Positions 17,105 to 25,244 of a stretch of 34,923 nt of DNA are shown here, in pieces. Made by a program: the position numbers and the translations under genes. The DNA is from Bacteroidota bacterium. Its GTDB lineage: Bacteria; Bacteroidota; Rhodothermia; Rhodothermales; JBCCMF01. The stretch is taken from the NCBI GenBank assembly GCA_039026435.1, contig JBCCMF010000005.1, positions 1-34,923 of the forward strand, read 5' to 3'. Numbering within the stretch: position 1 is the first letter of the stretch; each line of letters begins with the position of its first letter. Under the pieces are notes generated by a model, which did not search any database, was not told the DNA's origin, and worked only from the letters and a program-made list of their open reading frames with translations.

Positions 17105-18508
17105 CTAGCCGAGCAGTCTAAAGCCCTCGCCGTACTCGGGGATGACGACGCCCGTGTGACCCTGTGCCTCCAGCGTGCCTTTGAGGGCGTGCTGCCGCTT
17201 GGGGTCGCCGTGGACGAGGAACACCTGCTGGAGCCGCTCGCGGTCCAGTTGATCCACGAAGTGGAGGAGGCCGGGCTCGTCGGCGTGGGCGGAGTAGCTG
17301 TTCATGACGGCCACCTCGGCGCGGAGCGGGTGCGGCTCGCCGAAGATCTTGACCTCGGGGCGTTTTTCGATGAGGCGCCGCCCCAGCGTGTGCTCGGCGC
17401 AGTAGCCCACCATCATCACCGTGTTGCGCGCGTCCTCGATGCTGTTGCGCAGGTGGTGCAGGATGCGCCCCGCCTCGCACATGCCCGAGGCCGAGATAAC
17501 CAACATAGGCACCCGTTGGCCGTTGAGCTGCTTCGAGTCCTCGGCGCGGCGGAGGTACTCCAGCCGCTCGAAGCCAAACGGGTTGAGGTCAGTGCGCATA
17601 TACTCTACGAGCTCGCGGTCGAAGCACTCGGGGTGCGCCAGGTACACGCTCGTGGCGTTGACGGCGAGCGGGCTGTCCACGTAGACGGGGATGGGCGGCA
17701 GCGCGCCCTCGTTCCACAGCTGGTCCAGCGCGTAGACGATCTCCTGCGTACGCCCCACCGCAAACGACGGGATCACCACCTTGCCGCCTCGCTCCGACGT
17801 CCGGCGGATGAGATCGGCCAGCTTCTCCTTGGAGTCGGTGCGCGGCTCGTGCGTCTTGCCGCCGTACGTCGATTCCATGATGAGCCAGTCCACGTCGTCC
17901 ATCGGCTGCGGGTCGCGCAGGATGGGGCGGTCGGGGTTGCCGATGTCGCCGCTGAAGCCCAGCTTGACGGTGCGGCCGTGCTCGTGCACTGTCAGCACCA
18001 TGTGCGCCGAGCCGAGGATGTGCCCGGCATCGCGGTAGACGACCTCCACGCCGTCCACGGGCGAGAACGGCTGGCCGTACGAGACGCCCACGAAGTGCTG
18101 CAAGACGCCCTCGGCATCGGCGGAGTCGTAGAGCGGCGTGACCAGTGGGCGGCCGCGCTTGCGGTTGATCTTGTTGACGAAGCGCGTGTCTTTCTCCTGG
18201 ATGTATGCGCTGTCCATCAGCATCAGCGCGCACAGGCTGTAGGTGGCGTGCGTGGCGTAGATGCGCCCGCGAAAGCCCTCCTTCCACAGCTTCGGCAGCA
18301 GCCCCGCGTGGTCGATGTGGGCGTGCGAGAGCAGCACGGCGTCCAGCGTCTTCGGGTCGAATCCGAAGTGACGGTTTTGCTTCTCGGATTCAGACCTCCG
18401 CCCCTGGAAGAGGCCGCAGTCGAGCAAGAGCGTCTTGCCGTTGTCGAGTTCGACGAGGTGTTTGGAGCCGGTGACGGTGCGTGCGGCACCCCAGAAGGTC
18501 AGGCGCAT
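17105..18508 (-). CDS. MBL-fold metallo-hydrolase of the beta-CASP family (RNA-metabolising type).
   Basis: HxHxDH motif (SHAHIDHAGLLP). N-terminus MRLTFWGAARTVTGSKHLVE. beta-CASP motifs. 467 aa. Confidence 0.85.
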   Translation of the reverse strand: MRLTFWGAARTVTGSKHLVELDNGKTLLLDCGLFQGRRSESEKQNRHFGFDPKTLDAVLLSHAHIDHAGLLPKLWKEGFRGRIYATHATYSLCALMLMDSAYIQEKDTRFVNKINRKRGRPLVTPLYDSADAEGVLQHFVGVSYGQPFSPVDGVEVVYRDAGHILGSAHMVLTVHEHGRTVKLGFSGDIGNPDRPILRDPQPMDDVDWLIMESTYGGKTHEPRTDSKEKLADLIRRTSERGGKVVIPSFAVGRTQEIVYALDQLWNEGALPPIPVYVDSPLAVNATSVYLAHPECFDRELVEYMRTDLNPFGFERLEYLRRAEDSKQLNGQRVPMLVISASGMCEAGRILHHLRNSIEDARNTVMMVGYCAEHTLGRRLIEKRPEVKIFGEPHPLRAEVAVMNSYSAHADEPGLLHFVDQLDRERLQQVFLVHGDPKRQHALKGTLEAQGHTGVVIPEYGEGFRLLG

Positions 18509-18641
18509 GAGCGTGCGGATTGGTGGCGGATGGCAGGCGCAAGGTCGTGTATTTAGACGATGGGCTCAAGCAGTAAAGCACGCGAACGGAAGCAGAGGCC
18601 AAGACGTTAAGCTCGGCACATCTCACCAGAGCCCCGCCGCT

Positions 18642-19460
18642 GTGTCTGACGCCCTACTCGCTGCTGATGTAACGCCGACGCGATACCCGGTTGTGCTCAT
18701 GCACGGCATCGGGCTCATCGCGCACATGATGAAGCCGGGCGGGGCGTTCGATGCCATTGCGGAGGACCTCAGCACACACGGCGTCCAGGTCTTCGCCCCG
18801 AGGGTGCAGCCGTACAGTCCCATCCGCGACCGCTGTCAGACGTGGCAACGGCACCTGCGGACGGTGCTCGGCACCACGGGCGCCGAGAAGATCAACCTCG
18901 TTGGCTTTTCGTCAGGCGGCCTCGATGCCCGGTACCTCGTGGCACACCTCGGAGCGCACACGCATGTGGCTACGGTCACCACGCTGGCGTCGCCCCATCG
19001 CGGCTCGCGTATTGCCGAACTGCCGCTGCGACTGCCCGAGCCGCTTCGACAGCTTGTCGCGGAGGTCGTCAATCGCGTAGCTGCCACCTTCTTTCCCGAG
19101 GGCGACGGCGACCTGCTGGCGATGCTCCATGAGCTGACGCCTCGCTACATGACGGACCAGTTCAACCCCGCCACACCGGATCACCCCGACGTCACCTACT
19201 ACTCGCTGGGCGCCCAGGCGGGTCGTGGTGCCAGCAATCCCGCCAGCTCCCTCACCTGGCTGCTGAACCAATACCTCTACCTCACCGACGGCCCCAACGA
19301 CGGCTACGTGCCCGTGGAGAGCATGCAGTGGACGGGCTACGGCGGCGCCCTCCCCGCCGATCACGCCCAACTGGCGGGCTTAACGGCCGGACACGATGGG
19401 TTCGACGCCGTGTTGTTCTACCGCCGCCTCGTCAGCCACCTCGCCGCAGAGGGATGGTGA
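18642..19460 (+). CDS. Alpha/beta-hydrolase lipase/esterase (small bacterial lipase class).
   Basis: YPVVLMHGIG oxyanion region. Nucleophile elbow GFSSGG. ASPHRGS. The longest ORF (18435) and the ATG at 18507 would overlap the divergent MBL gene start (CATG at 18506-18509), leaving no promoter space. The in-frame GTG at 18642 (VSDALLAADVTPTRYPVVLMHG) is therefore preferred. Confidence 0.7.
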   Translation: MSDALLAADVTPTRYPVVLMHGIGLIAHMMKPGGAFDAIAEDLSTHGVQVFAPRVQPYSPIRDRCQTWQRHLRTVLGTTGAEKINLVGFSSGGLDARYLVAHLGAHTHVATVTTLASPHRGSRIAELPLRLPEPLRQLVAEVVNRVAATFFPEGDGDLLAMLHELTPRYMTDQFNPATPDHPDVTYYSLGAQAGRGASNPASSLTWLLNQYLYLTDGPNDGYVPVESMQWTGYGGALPADHAQLAGLTAGHDGFDAVLFYRRLVSHLAAEGW

Positions 19461-19699
19461 TTCAGAATAGTTGAGGGACCCCTTGCCCGCCCTCGTCGCC
19501 CGTGCAAATCAGCATATGGGATGTGACAATAACAATGCCCAATGCCGCGGTGACAATGCAGGGCGTAACAATGCTCAGGGACTTGAACCCTGCTGGCCTC
19601 GCCCGGCACGCCGTACCCACGGTCAGCTTAACCCCTGACCCGGGTGTATGCTCGCCTTTGCTGTAGCGACTACCGACCCTCAGCTAGTTGATGATAGTG

Positions 19700-20158
19700 T
19701 CACGTACGCAACTCAGTCTGCCAGTTGACAGCCTGGATGCGGGCATCGAGGTCCCGGTAGGCCTTGGAGAGCGCATCGGCCTGCTTCCGAATAGATCGCA
19801 CGTTCACCGTGCTGACCAGTTTGACCTCGCTTCGGCTGTAGCGCTCGTGCGAGACCGTCGCCGATTCAGCCAGGTCCCGGTAGAGCAGCATCCGCATCCG
19901 AAGAACGTCGCGAGCCGCCAGTACCTCGGTCAACGTTTCGCCTGAGTCCAGCGTGGTCTGCATGTTGGTCTGGTTGATCTGCCGGATCAAGCGCTCCAGT
20001 TCGATAGCCACGACTTCGTATTCCTCCAGCAGCTCGTGCGGCGGCTCAGCGGGTTGCTCCCCCTCCTGCACCTGGGCGCTTTGCATGAGGCGCTGCTTCA
20101 ACTGCGCAAGGCGGCGCTGGCTGTGCGCACGGGTAACGAGGGCTTCTGCTAACTTCAT
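19700..20158 (-). CDS. Hypothetical coiled-coil protein of 152 aa, 12 bp downstream of the E1 gene and probably co-transcribed with it.
   Basis: ATG start. High-GC3 ORF. Helical, Leu/Arg/Glu-rich composition. No catalytic motif recognised. Confidence 0.55.
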   Translation of the reverse strand: MKLAEALVTRAHSQRRLAQLKQRLMQSAQVQEGEQPAEPPHELLEEYEVVAIELERLIRQINQTNMQTTLDSGETLTEVLAARDVLRMRMLLYRDLAESATVSHERYSRSEVKLVSTVNVRSIRKQADALSKAYRDLDARIQAVNWQTELRT

Positions 20159-20170
20159 CGTCCAATCACG

Positions 20171-22303
20171 CTAAAACGCCAGCACGGAACGCACGCCTTC
20201 CAGGATGTCTTCGTCTTGCGGGAGCACGGCGCGCTCCAGCGGGTCGGCGAAGGGCACGAAGGTGAAGGCCCCCGCCACGCGGCGGACGGGCGCGTCGAGG
20301 TAGGTGAAGGCCGCGTCGGCGATCTGGGCGCAGATCTCAGCGCCGAAGCCGATGAACTCGTGGTCCTCGTAGACCACCAGCGCGCGGTTGGTTTTCTTCA
20401 CCGAGGCTAGGATCGTGTCCATGTCCAGCGGCAGCATCGTGCGGATGTCGATGATCTCGACGGAGACGCCCTCTTTCGCCATCATCCGCGCTACGTTGAC
20501 CGCTTTGTGCACCATCATGCCGTACGTGACGATGGTGAGGTCGGTGCCTTCGCGGACGGTGGCGGCTTTGCCGAAGGGGAGGAGGTAGTCGGCACCCGGC
20601 TCAATAGCCCGCGCAGCGGCGGCGCGGTAGAGCGCCTTGTGCTCCAGGAAGAGCACCGGGTCCTGCATGCGGATGGCCGCTTTGAGCAGTCCCTTGGCAT
20701 CGGCCGCGTTCGACGGCATCGCGATCTTGAAGCCGGGCATGTGGCCGAAGATTGACTCGATGTTTTGCGAGTGGCACAGGCCGCCGTGGATGTAGCCGCC
20801 CGCCGGGACGCGGATCACCATCGGGCAGCCCGCCCGCCCGCCGGAGCGGTAGCGGTAGGTGGCCACCGCGTTGCGCAGGTGCTGCATGGCGGGCCAGATG
20901 TAGTCGGCAAACTGAATCTCGACGACGGGCTTGTAGCCTGCGGCGCTGAGCCCTACGGCCGTGCCGATGACCGACGCTTCGGCCAAGGGGGAATTGAAGC
21001 AGCGGTCTTTGCCGAAGCGATCCGTGAGGCCACGCGTGGCGGTGAACACGCCGCCCTTGCCGCCGGCTACATCCTCGCCGTAGACCAGCACGCGCTCGTT
21101 GCGCGCCATCTCCTCGTGCAGCGCGTGGTTGATGGCATCAACCAGCACCACGGGCTCGGCGCCCTCTGGCTCGGCGTCCTTGCCGTACGTCAGGCCCAAG
21201 TCGCCTTCGAAGTAGACGAGCGCCGTCGCCGACTCCGGCGTGGGGTCAGCTTGGGCGGCGGCCCACACGGCATCGGCGTTGACCTGCGCTTTGATGGTGC
21301 GCCGCATCTCGGCCACGGCGTCTTCGGTCAGCACGCCCGCCTCAATAAGCTGCATCTCCATCCGCGCAATGGGGTCCACCTGGCGGTCGGATTCTAGCTC
21401 CTCCGACGTGCGGTATTTGGCGTGGTTGTCCGAGGACGAGTGGGGAAGCAGCCGCACCACATCGGCCACGAAGCAGACGGGGCCTTGGCCGGAGCGGATA
21501 TGCGCTAGGGCGGCCTGCGCGGCAGCGTATGTCTTGAAGAAGTCCGTGCCATCGACCTGGATGCGCTTAAGGCCTTCATAGCCGCGCGCCAGCTTGTACG
21601 CCGAGCCGCCCGCGGTCTGGTCGGCAACGGGGACCGAGATGGCGTATTTGTTGTCCTGCACCATGAACAGGACGGGCGCCTTGGCCCGCGTGGCCCAGTT
21701 GAGCGCCTCGTGAAAGGCGCCCTGCGAGGTGGCGCCATCGCCGCACGAGGCGTATACGTAGCTGCGGTTGGCGGAGTCGCGCTGCAGGGCCATGCCCACG
21801 CCCAGCGCAGGCAGAAACTGCGCGCCCACCGACGACGACACGGTCAGGATGTTGAGATCGGGCTCGCTGAAGTGCTCAGACATTTGCCGCCCGCCCGAGT
21901 TCGGGTCGTCGGCCTTGGCCATGTGGTGCAGCAGCACATCGCGCGAGGAGGCGCCCAGCGAGAGGTACATGCACAGGTCGCGGTAGTAGAAGCTGAACCA
22001 GTCCGTGCCCGGCTCCGAGAGGAGGCCGACGGCAGCCTGGGCGGCCTCGTGCCCGGCGCACCCGATGTGAAAGAACCCTTTGCCCTGCTTGATGAGGTTC
22101 AGCATCTTCTCGTCGAGCTGCCGCGAGAGCAGCATCGTGTGGAAGGCACGGCGCAGCGTCTCCGGCTTGAAGTCGGCCGGGGTCACCGGAAGAGGAACGA
22201 GGACATCATCATCCACAGGCGGTGCGATTGGGGTCGATGCTACAAAGGTCGGAAGCGCTTCCTGCGCGTCGCCGTCTCCTCCGAGGAGCAAGTCATTGGG
22301 CAT
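20171..22303 (-). CDS. Fused 2-oxoacid dehydrogenase E1 component: TPP-binding alpha domain plus transketolase-like beta domain in one 710-aa chain.
   Basis: N-terminal E1-alpha TPP motifs (GDGATSQGAFHEALNWA...). C-terminal E1-beta / transketolase C-terminal region (GEDVAGGKGGVF..., pyrimidine-binding domain). The fusion architecture is typical of Bacteroidota. Confidence 0.85.
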   Translation of the reverse strand: MPNDLLLGGDGDAQEALPTFVASTPIAPPVDDDVLVPLPVTPADFKPETLRRAFHTMLLSRQLDEKMLNLIKQGKGFFHIGCAGHEAAQAAVGLLSEPGTDWFSFYYRDLCMYLSLGASSRDVLLHHMAKADDPNSGGRQMSEHFSEPDLNILTVSSSVGAQFLPALGVGMALQRDSANRSYVYASCGDGATSQGAFHEALNWATRAKAPVLFMVQDNKYAISVPVADQTAGGSAYKLARGYEGLKRIQVDGTDFFKTYAAAQAALAHIRSGQGPVCFVADVVRLLPHSSSDNHAKYRTSEELESDRQVDPIARMEMQLIEAGVLTEDAVAEMRRTIKAQVNADAVWAAAQADPTPESATALVYFEGDLGLTYGKDAEPEGAEPVVLVDAINHALHEEMARNERVLVYGEDVAGGKGGVFTATRGLTDRFGKDRCFNSPLAEASVIGTAVGLSAAGYKPVVEIQFADYIWPAMQHLRNAVATYRYRSGGRAGCPMVIRVPAGGYIHGGLCHSQNIESIFGHMPGFKIAMPSNAADAKGLLKAAIRMQDPVLFLEHKALYRAAAARAIEPGADYLLPFGKAATVREGTDLTIVTYGMMVHKAVNVARMMAKEGVSVEIIDIRTMLPLDMDTILASVKKTNRALVVYEDHEFIGFGAEICAQIADAAFTYLDAPVRRVAGAFTFVPFADPLERAVLPQDEDILEGVRSVLAF

Positions 22304-22567
22304 AATACACGGGGTCGAGAAGCATGGAGGTTGGCATGGGCCGTTCGGGGAGCAGGCCTGTTTGCTGGAGACGCCAACATCGATAATAATGCGGGCCTAT
22401 ACGCGTCCTGCTGGCATCGGCTCCTTTAGAACCCTAGGAAAAACAGCCTCCGCCACTTCTTAACAGACGCCTTCTGGGCGCACGCCACAATTGCTGAGGC
22501 GTACCGCCTGCTGGAAATGCGAAAGAAAGGAAGGCCAGCGGCGGTTTCGACCCCGAGAATCGGTAGT

Positions 22568-22864
22568 CTAGGCCTCGTCTTCTTCGTCTGAGGCGGGCAG
22601 GATGGGCGTCACCTCGCGTTCCACCACGATGGTCACATCGGTGAAATGGATGGCCAGCGCGCCGAGCGCCGTAAGCACAGGAGCGAAGAACACCGCTGCT
22701 GCTGCACCGCCAATGCCCACGGTCAGCGGGAATTCCAGAATGACGCGCTCGTCGTTTTTGATGATGACGCGCCGCGTCTTGCCTTCGTCGATCAGCTCTT
22801 TGACGCGATCGACCAATTGGTTGCCTTTCAGTTTGAATTCTTCAACGCGGGGATTGGGCTCCAT
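22568..22864 (-). CDS. DUF4342 domain protein (98 aa).
   Basis: MEPNPRVEEFKLKGNQLVDRVKELIDEGKTRRVIIKNDERVILEFPLTVGIGGAAAAVFFAPVLTALGALA matches the DUF4342 architecture: a soluble N-terminal part plus a Gly/Ala-rich hydrophobic segment. Confidence 0.65.
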   Translation of the reverse strand: MEPNPRVEEFKLKGNQLVDRVKELIDEGKTRRVIIKNDERVILEFPLTVGIGGAAAAVFFAPVLTALGALAIHFTDVTIVVEREVTPILPASDEEDEA

Positions 22865-22920
22865 GAGCAGGGGGAACGGTTGAGTGAATGGGTACGGACC
22901 TAGCTACTACGCCGGGGCCC

Positions 22921-23010
22921 GCAAAAAAGTGTCGGGACGCGCTCCGGTTTGCCGAGGCAAAAGGGCGACGGCGCAAGCGATGAGAAAAAAATTCGGCTCG
23001 GGGTTTAAAT
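22921..23010 (+). promoter_or_regulatory. Candidate promoter region of the pilin gene: AT-rich islands (GCAAAAAAGT, GAGAAAAAAATT, GTTTAAAT) in otherwise GC-rich DNA.
   Basis: These are the only A/T tracts in the 320-bp spacer upstream of 23185. No consensus could be assigned. Confidence 0.2.
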
Positions 23011-23184
23011 CCCACATGGGGCTGCCGATACAAAGCCCGGGACTGAACGCCAATCCGCTTGTCCAACATACTATGGCGAGCAACGGCACCCACCAACGGA
23101 GGAGGCGTGTGCTGCGGGGGCAGCCACCCTCCACCGACGCTACTTACTCGCTCTACCCAACACAACTCAAAGGAGGCTCCAGAA

Positions 23185-23637
23185 ATGGGTCAACAACAAC
23201 TTCTTCTCCTCGTGCTCGGCATGGTGATCGTCGGTATTGCCGTCGTCGCGGGGATCCAGGCCTTCACCGAAGGCAAGGCCAAAGCAGAAACTGATGCAGC
23301 CGTGGCCGATGCCATGCGCGTCATCTCGGACCTGCAGGCATGGTACCTGAAGCCCGCAGCCTTTGGCGGCGGCAGCGAAACGGCGGCCAACTGGGCTAAT
23401 GTTAAGCTGGGCTCGATCGGCCTCAACCCTGCCGATGATGTAGGCACTGCCAACTCGTACTACGAGACGCTCAACGGGTGCTATGCCCTGACGGCCGCAA
23501 GCGGCAAGGTGACGGTTGAGATCAAGCGCCGGGATGCCAGCGCTGAGGCTGGCAAAGAGTGCGACGGCGCTAAGTATGCCGACGCTGAAATCACCAGCGC
23601 AAGCCCAACCAGCGGCGTGACCTGGACGTACCAGTAA
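23185..23637 (+). CDS. Type IV pilin-like protein (150 aa) with a non-canonical N-terminal signal.
   Basis: A strong Shine-Dalgarno sequence (AAAGGAGG) sits 8 nt upstream of ATG 23185. The N-terminus MGQQQLLLLVLGMVIVGIAVVAGIQAF is a single hydrophobic helix that continues into an amphipathic helix (TEGKAKAETDAAVADAMRVISDLQAWY), like the pilin alpha1 spine. A C-terminal Cys pair spaced 26 aa apart (NGC...KEC) looks like a D-region disulfide. The gene is the first in a pilC-pilB-pilT-pilMN-pilOP cluster. It lacks the G/F-T-L-I-E motif and Glu5. Confidence 0.55.
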   Translation: MGQQQLLLLVLGMVIVGIAVVAGIQAFTEGKAKAETDAAVADAMRVISDLQAWYLKPAAFGGGSETAANWANVKLGSIGLNPADDVGTANSYYETLNGCYALTAASGKVTVEIKRRDASAEAGKECDGAKYADAEITSASPTSGVTWTYQ

Positions 23638-23670
23638 GCCGAGCATCTTTAGCTCATCCAAGCTCGCAAC

Positions 23671-23700
23671 GGGCGGGGCTGGCACCAGCTGGCTCCGCCC
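23671..23700 (+). terminator. GC-rich hairpin immediately downstream of the pilin stop, likely an intrinsic terminator or attenuator.
   Basis: GGGCGGGGCTGGCAC-CAGCTGGCTCCGCCC forms a stem of roughly 13 bp with a few G-U pairs. It begins 34 nt after the TAA and is followed by the T-containing TTGTGCGTTTGGCG. A direct repeat of TGTGCGTTTGGCG occurs twice (23702-23714 and 23718-23730). Confidence 0.45.
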
Positions 23701-23836
23701 TTGTGCGTTTGGCGTCCTGTGCGTTTGGCGCCCTATGTGGCCTCCGGGTAGGCAAAGAGGCCGCCGTTAAATCCACGGCCAACCTGCCGATACTTACCGT
23801 AACCGCATACTCTATCGACCTCCCCGCCAGACTCTC

Positions 23837-25201
23837 ATGGCCGTCAAAGAATTCAAATTTGCAGGCGTTGGCCGCAACGCCCAGCCCGTACAGGGGACGG
23901 TGTTTGCGTCGTCGAAGCGGTCGGCGGAGAAGAAGGTAACGGCACTGGCCGAAAAGCACGGCTTCCGCACGCAGGGGCTGATGGAACGCCGGGCCTTCAT
24001 GTACAAGGTCAAGCACCCCAACGGCACCATCATCAAAGGGGAGCAGAAGGCCTACACCGAAGACGAGATCCGCAAGGCGCTCTCGCGGATGGGGCTAGAG
24101 GTCCTCAAGGTCGAGAAGAAGCTCTTCGACCTGCCGATGAAGCCCCCCAGCCAGGACATCATCATGTTCGTGCGGCTGGCCTCCAACCTGCTGCGCGAAA
24201 AGCTGCCTTTCGATGAGATCCTCACGCTCCTCTCGGGCGATGTCAACTCCAAGCCGCTCAAGCAGACGCTGCGCGACCTCAACGGCGATCTGAAAGGCGG
24301 TATGGATGCGCAGAGCGCGTTCATGAAGCACCAGCACACGCTGGGCAAGTTCACGGCCTACATGCTGGGCATCGCCTCGCAGTCGGGCAACATGTCGGAG
24401 ATCTACGAGGCTACGGCCCGCTTCCTGGAGCGCCAGAACGAGTTCAAGAAGAGCGTGCGCAGCGCCATGATCACGCCCATGATCACGATTGTGTTGCTGC
24501 TGGCGGTGATCCTGTGGTACATCTGGGACATCTTCCCGAAGACAGCTGGCCTGCTAGAGGACGTAGGGATGCCGCTGCCGCCGATGACCGCAAGCACGAT
24601 GGAGTTTTCGTACTGGCTCGATGCGAATTGGTGGTGGCTCTTCACCCTGTTTGCTGTGCTGGTGGGCGGCGTCATCTGGTACGTGCGCACGCCCAAGGGG
24701 CAGTTCCGATGGCATAAGCTCATGATCTCGATGCCCATCATCGGCGCGCTGCTGCACAAGCTGAACATCGAGATTTTCTGCCGCGTGTTCTCCGTGCTCT
24801 ACTCGGGCAGTGGCGAGAACATTCAGGTGATGCGCATTGCCTCGGAGGCGTGCGGCAACGCCTACATGGAGCACCAAATCAAAACCGTCACCATCCCGAT
24901 GATGGTGGGGCAGGGCGCCGGGCTGGTGCAGTCGATGGAGGCCAGCGACGTGTTCACGCCGATGGCTATCGCTCGCTTCCGCAGCGGCGCCGAGACGGGG
25001 AGCGTCCGCAGCAGCGCGCAGCAGATGGCCGACTACTACGAGAGCGAGACGAAGCTCAAGCTCAAGAGCGTGGTCGAGTCCATCCAGACGGGCGTCTCCG
25101 TCTTCATCACCGCCGCCATCATCTTCCTGACGCTGGTCTCAACCGAGGTGGCGATGGTGCAGCCCTCGGCCGAAGACATGATGAACCAGCGCGTCAAGTA
25201 A
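23837..25201 (+). CDS. pilC: Type IV pilus / T2SS platform protein (PilC/GspF family).
   Basis: N-terminal FKFAGVGRNAQPVQGTVFASSKRSAEKKVTALAEKHGF matches the PilC start pattern. Two T2SSF-type cytoplasmic domains are separated by TM segments (ITPMITIVLLLAVILWYIW; WWWLFTLFAVLVGGVIWYV; GVSVFITAAIIFLTLV). Confidence 0.85.
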   Translation: MAVKEFKFAGVGRNAQPVQGTVFASSKRSAEKKVTALAEKHGFRTQGLMERRAFMYKVKHPNGTIIKGEQKAYTEDEIRKALSRMGLEVLKVEKKLFDLPMKPPSQDIIMFVRLASNLLREKLPFDEILTLLSGDVNSKPLKQTLRDLNGDLKGGMDAQSAFMKHQHTLGKFTAYMLGIASQSGNMSEIYEATARFLERQNEFKKSVRSAMITPMITIVLLLAVILWYIWDIFPKTAGLLEDVGMPLPPMTASTMEFSYWLDANWWWLFTLFAVLVGGVIWYVRTPKGQFRWHKLMISMPIIGALLHKLNIEIFCRVFSVLYSGSGENIQVMRIASEACGNAYMEHQIKTVTIPMMVGQGAGLVQSMEASDVFTPMAIARFRSGAETGSVRSSAQQMADYYESETKLKLKSVVESIQTGVSVFITAAIIFLTLVSTEVAMVQPSAEDMMNQRVK

Positions 25202-25244
25202 ACGCCGGGCTCCGGCGCATTCACCCTTCCGCTCATCACCTGTT

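Noticed and set aside
17156-18556. 466-aa plus-strand ORF opposite the beta-CASP MBL hydrolase.
   Set aside because: It is antisense to a gene with a perfect HxHxDH motif and is Val/Ala/Arg/His-rich low-complexity.
19575-19650. tRNA-like T-arm on the minus strand (CAGGG-TTCAAGT-CCCTG, a perfect T-psi-C loop consensus) in the lipase-downstream spacer. It could be a tRNA gene or a tRNA 3' fragment marking an integration site.
   Set aside because: The 3' acceptor strand (AGCATTG) has no complementary 5' strand within 100 nt, and no D-arm or anticodon arm could be folded. There is no flanking integrase or direct repeat. It is most likely a chance 5-bp hairpin.
20765-22429. Several plus-strand ORFs of 210-239 aa opposite the E1 dehydrogenase gene.
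   Set aside because: They are antisense artefacts. The E1 frame carries the TPP-binding and transketolase-like motifs.
23703-23939. 78-aa plus-strand ORF beginning in the pilin-pilC spacer and overlapping the pilC start.
   Set aside because: It starts inside the direct-repeat/terminator region, ends in poly-Arg (RRRSGRRRRR), and is out of frame with the well-supported pilC.
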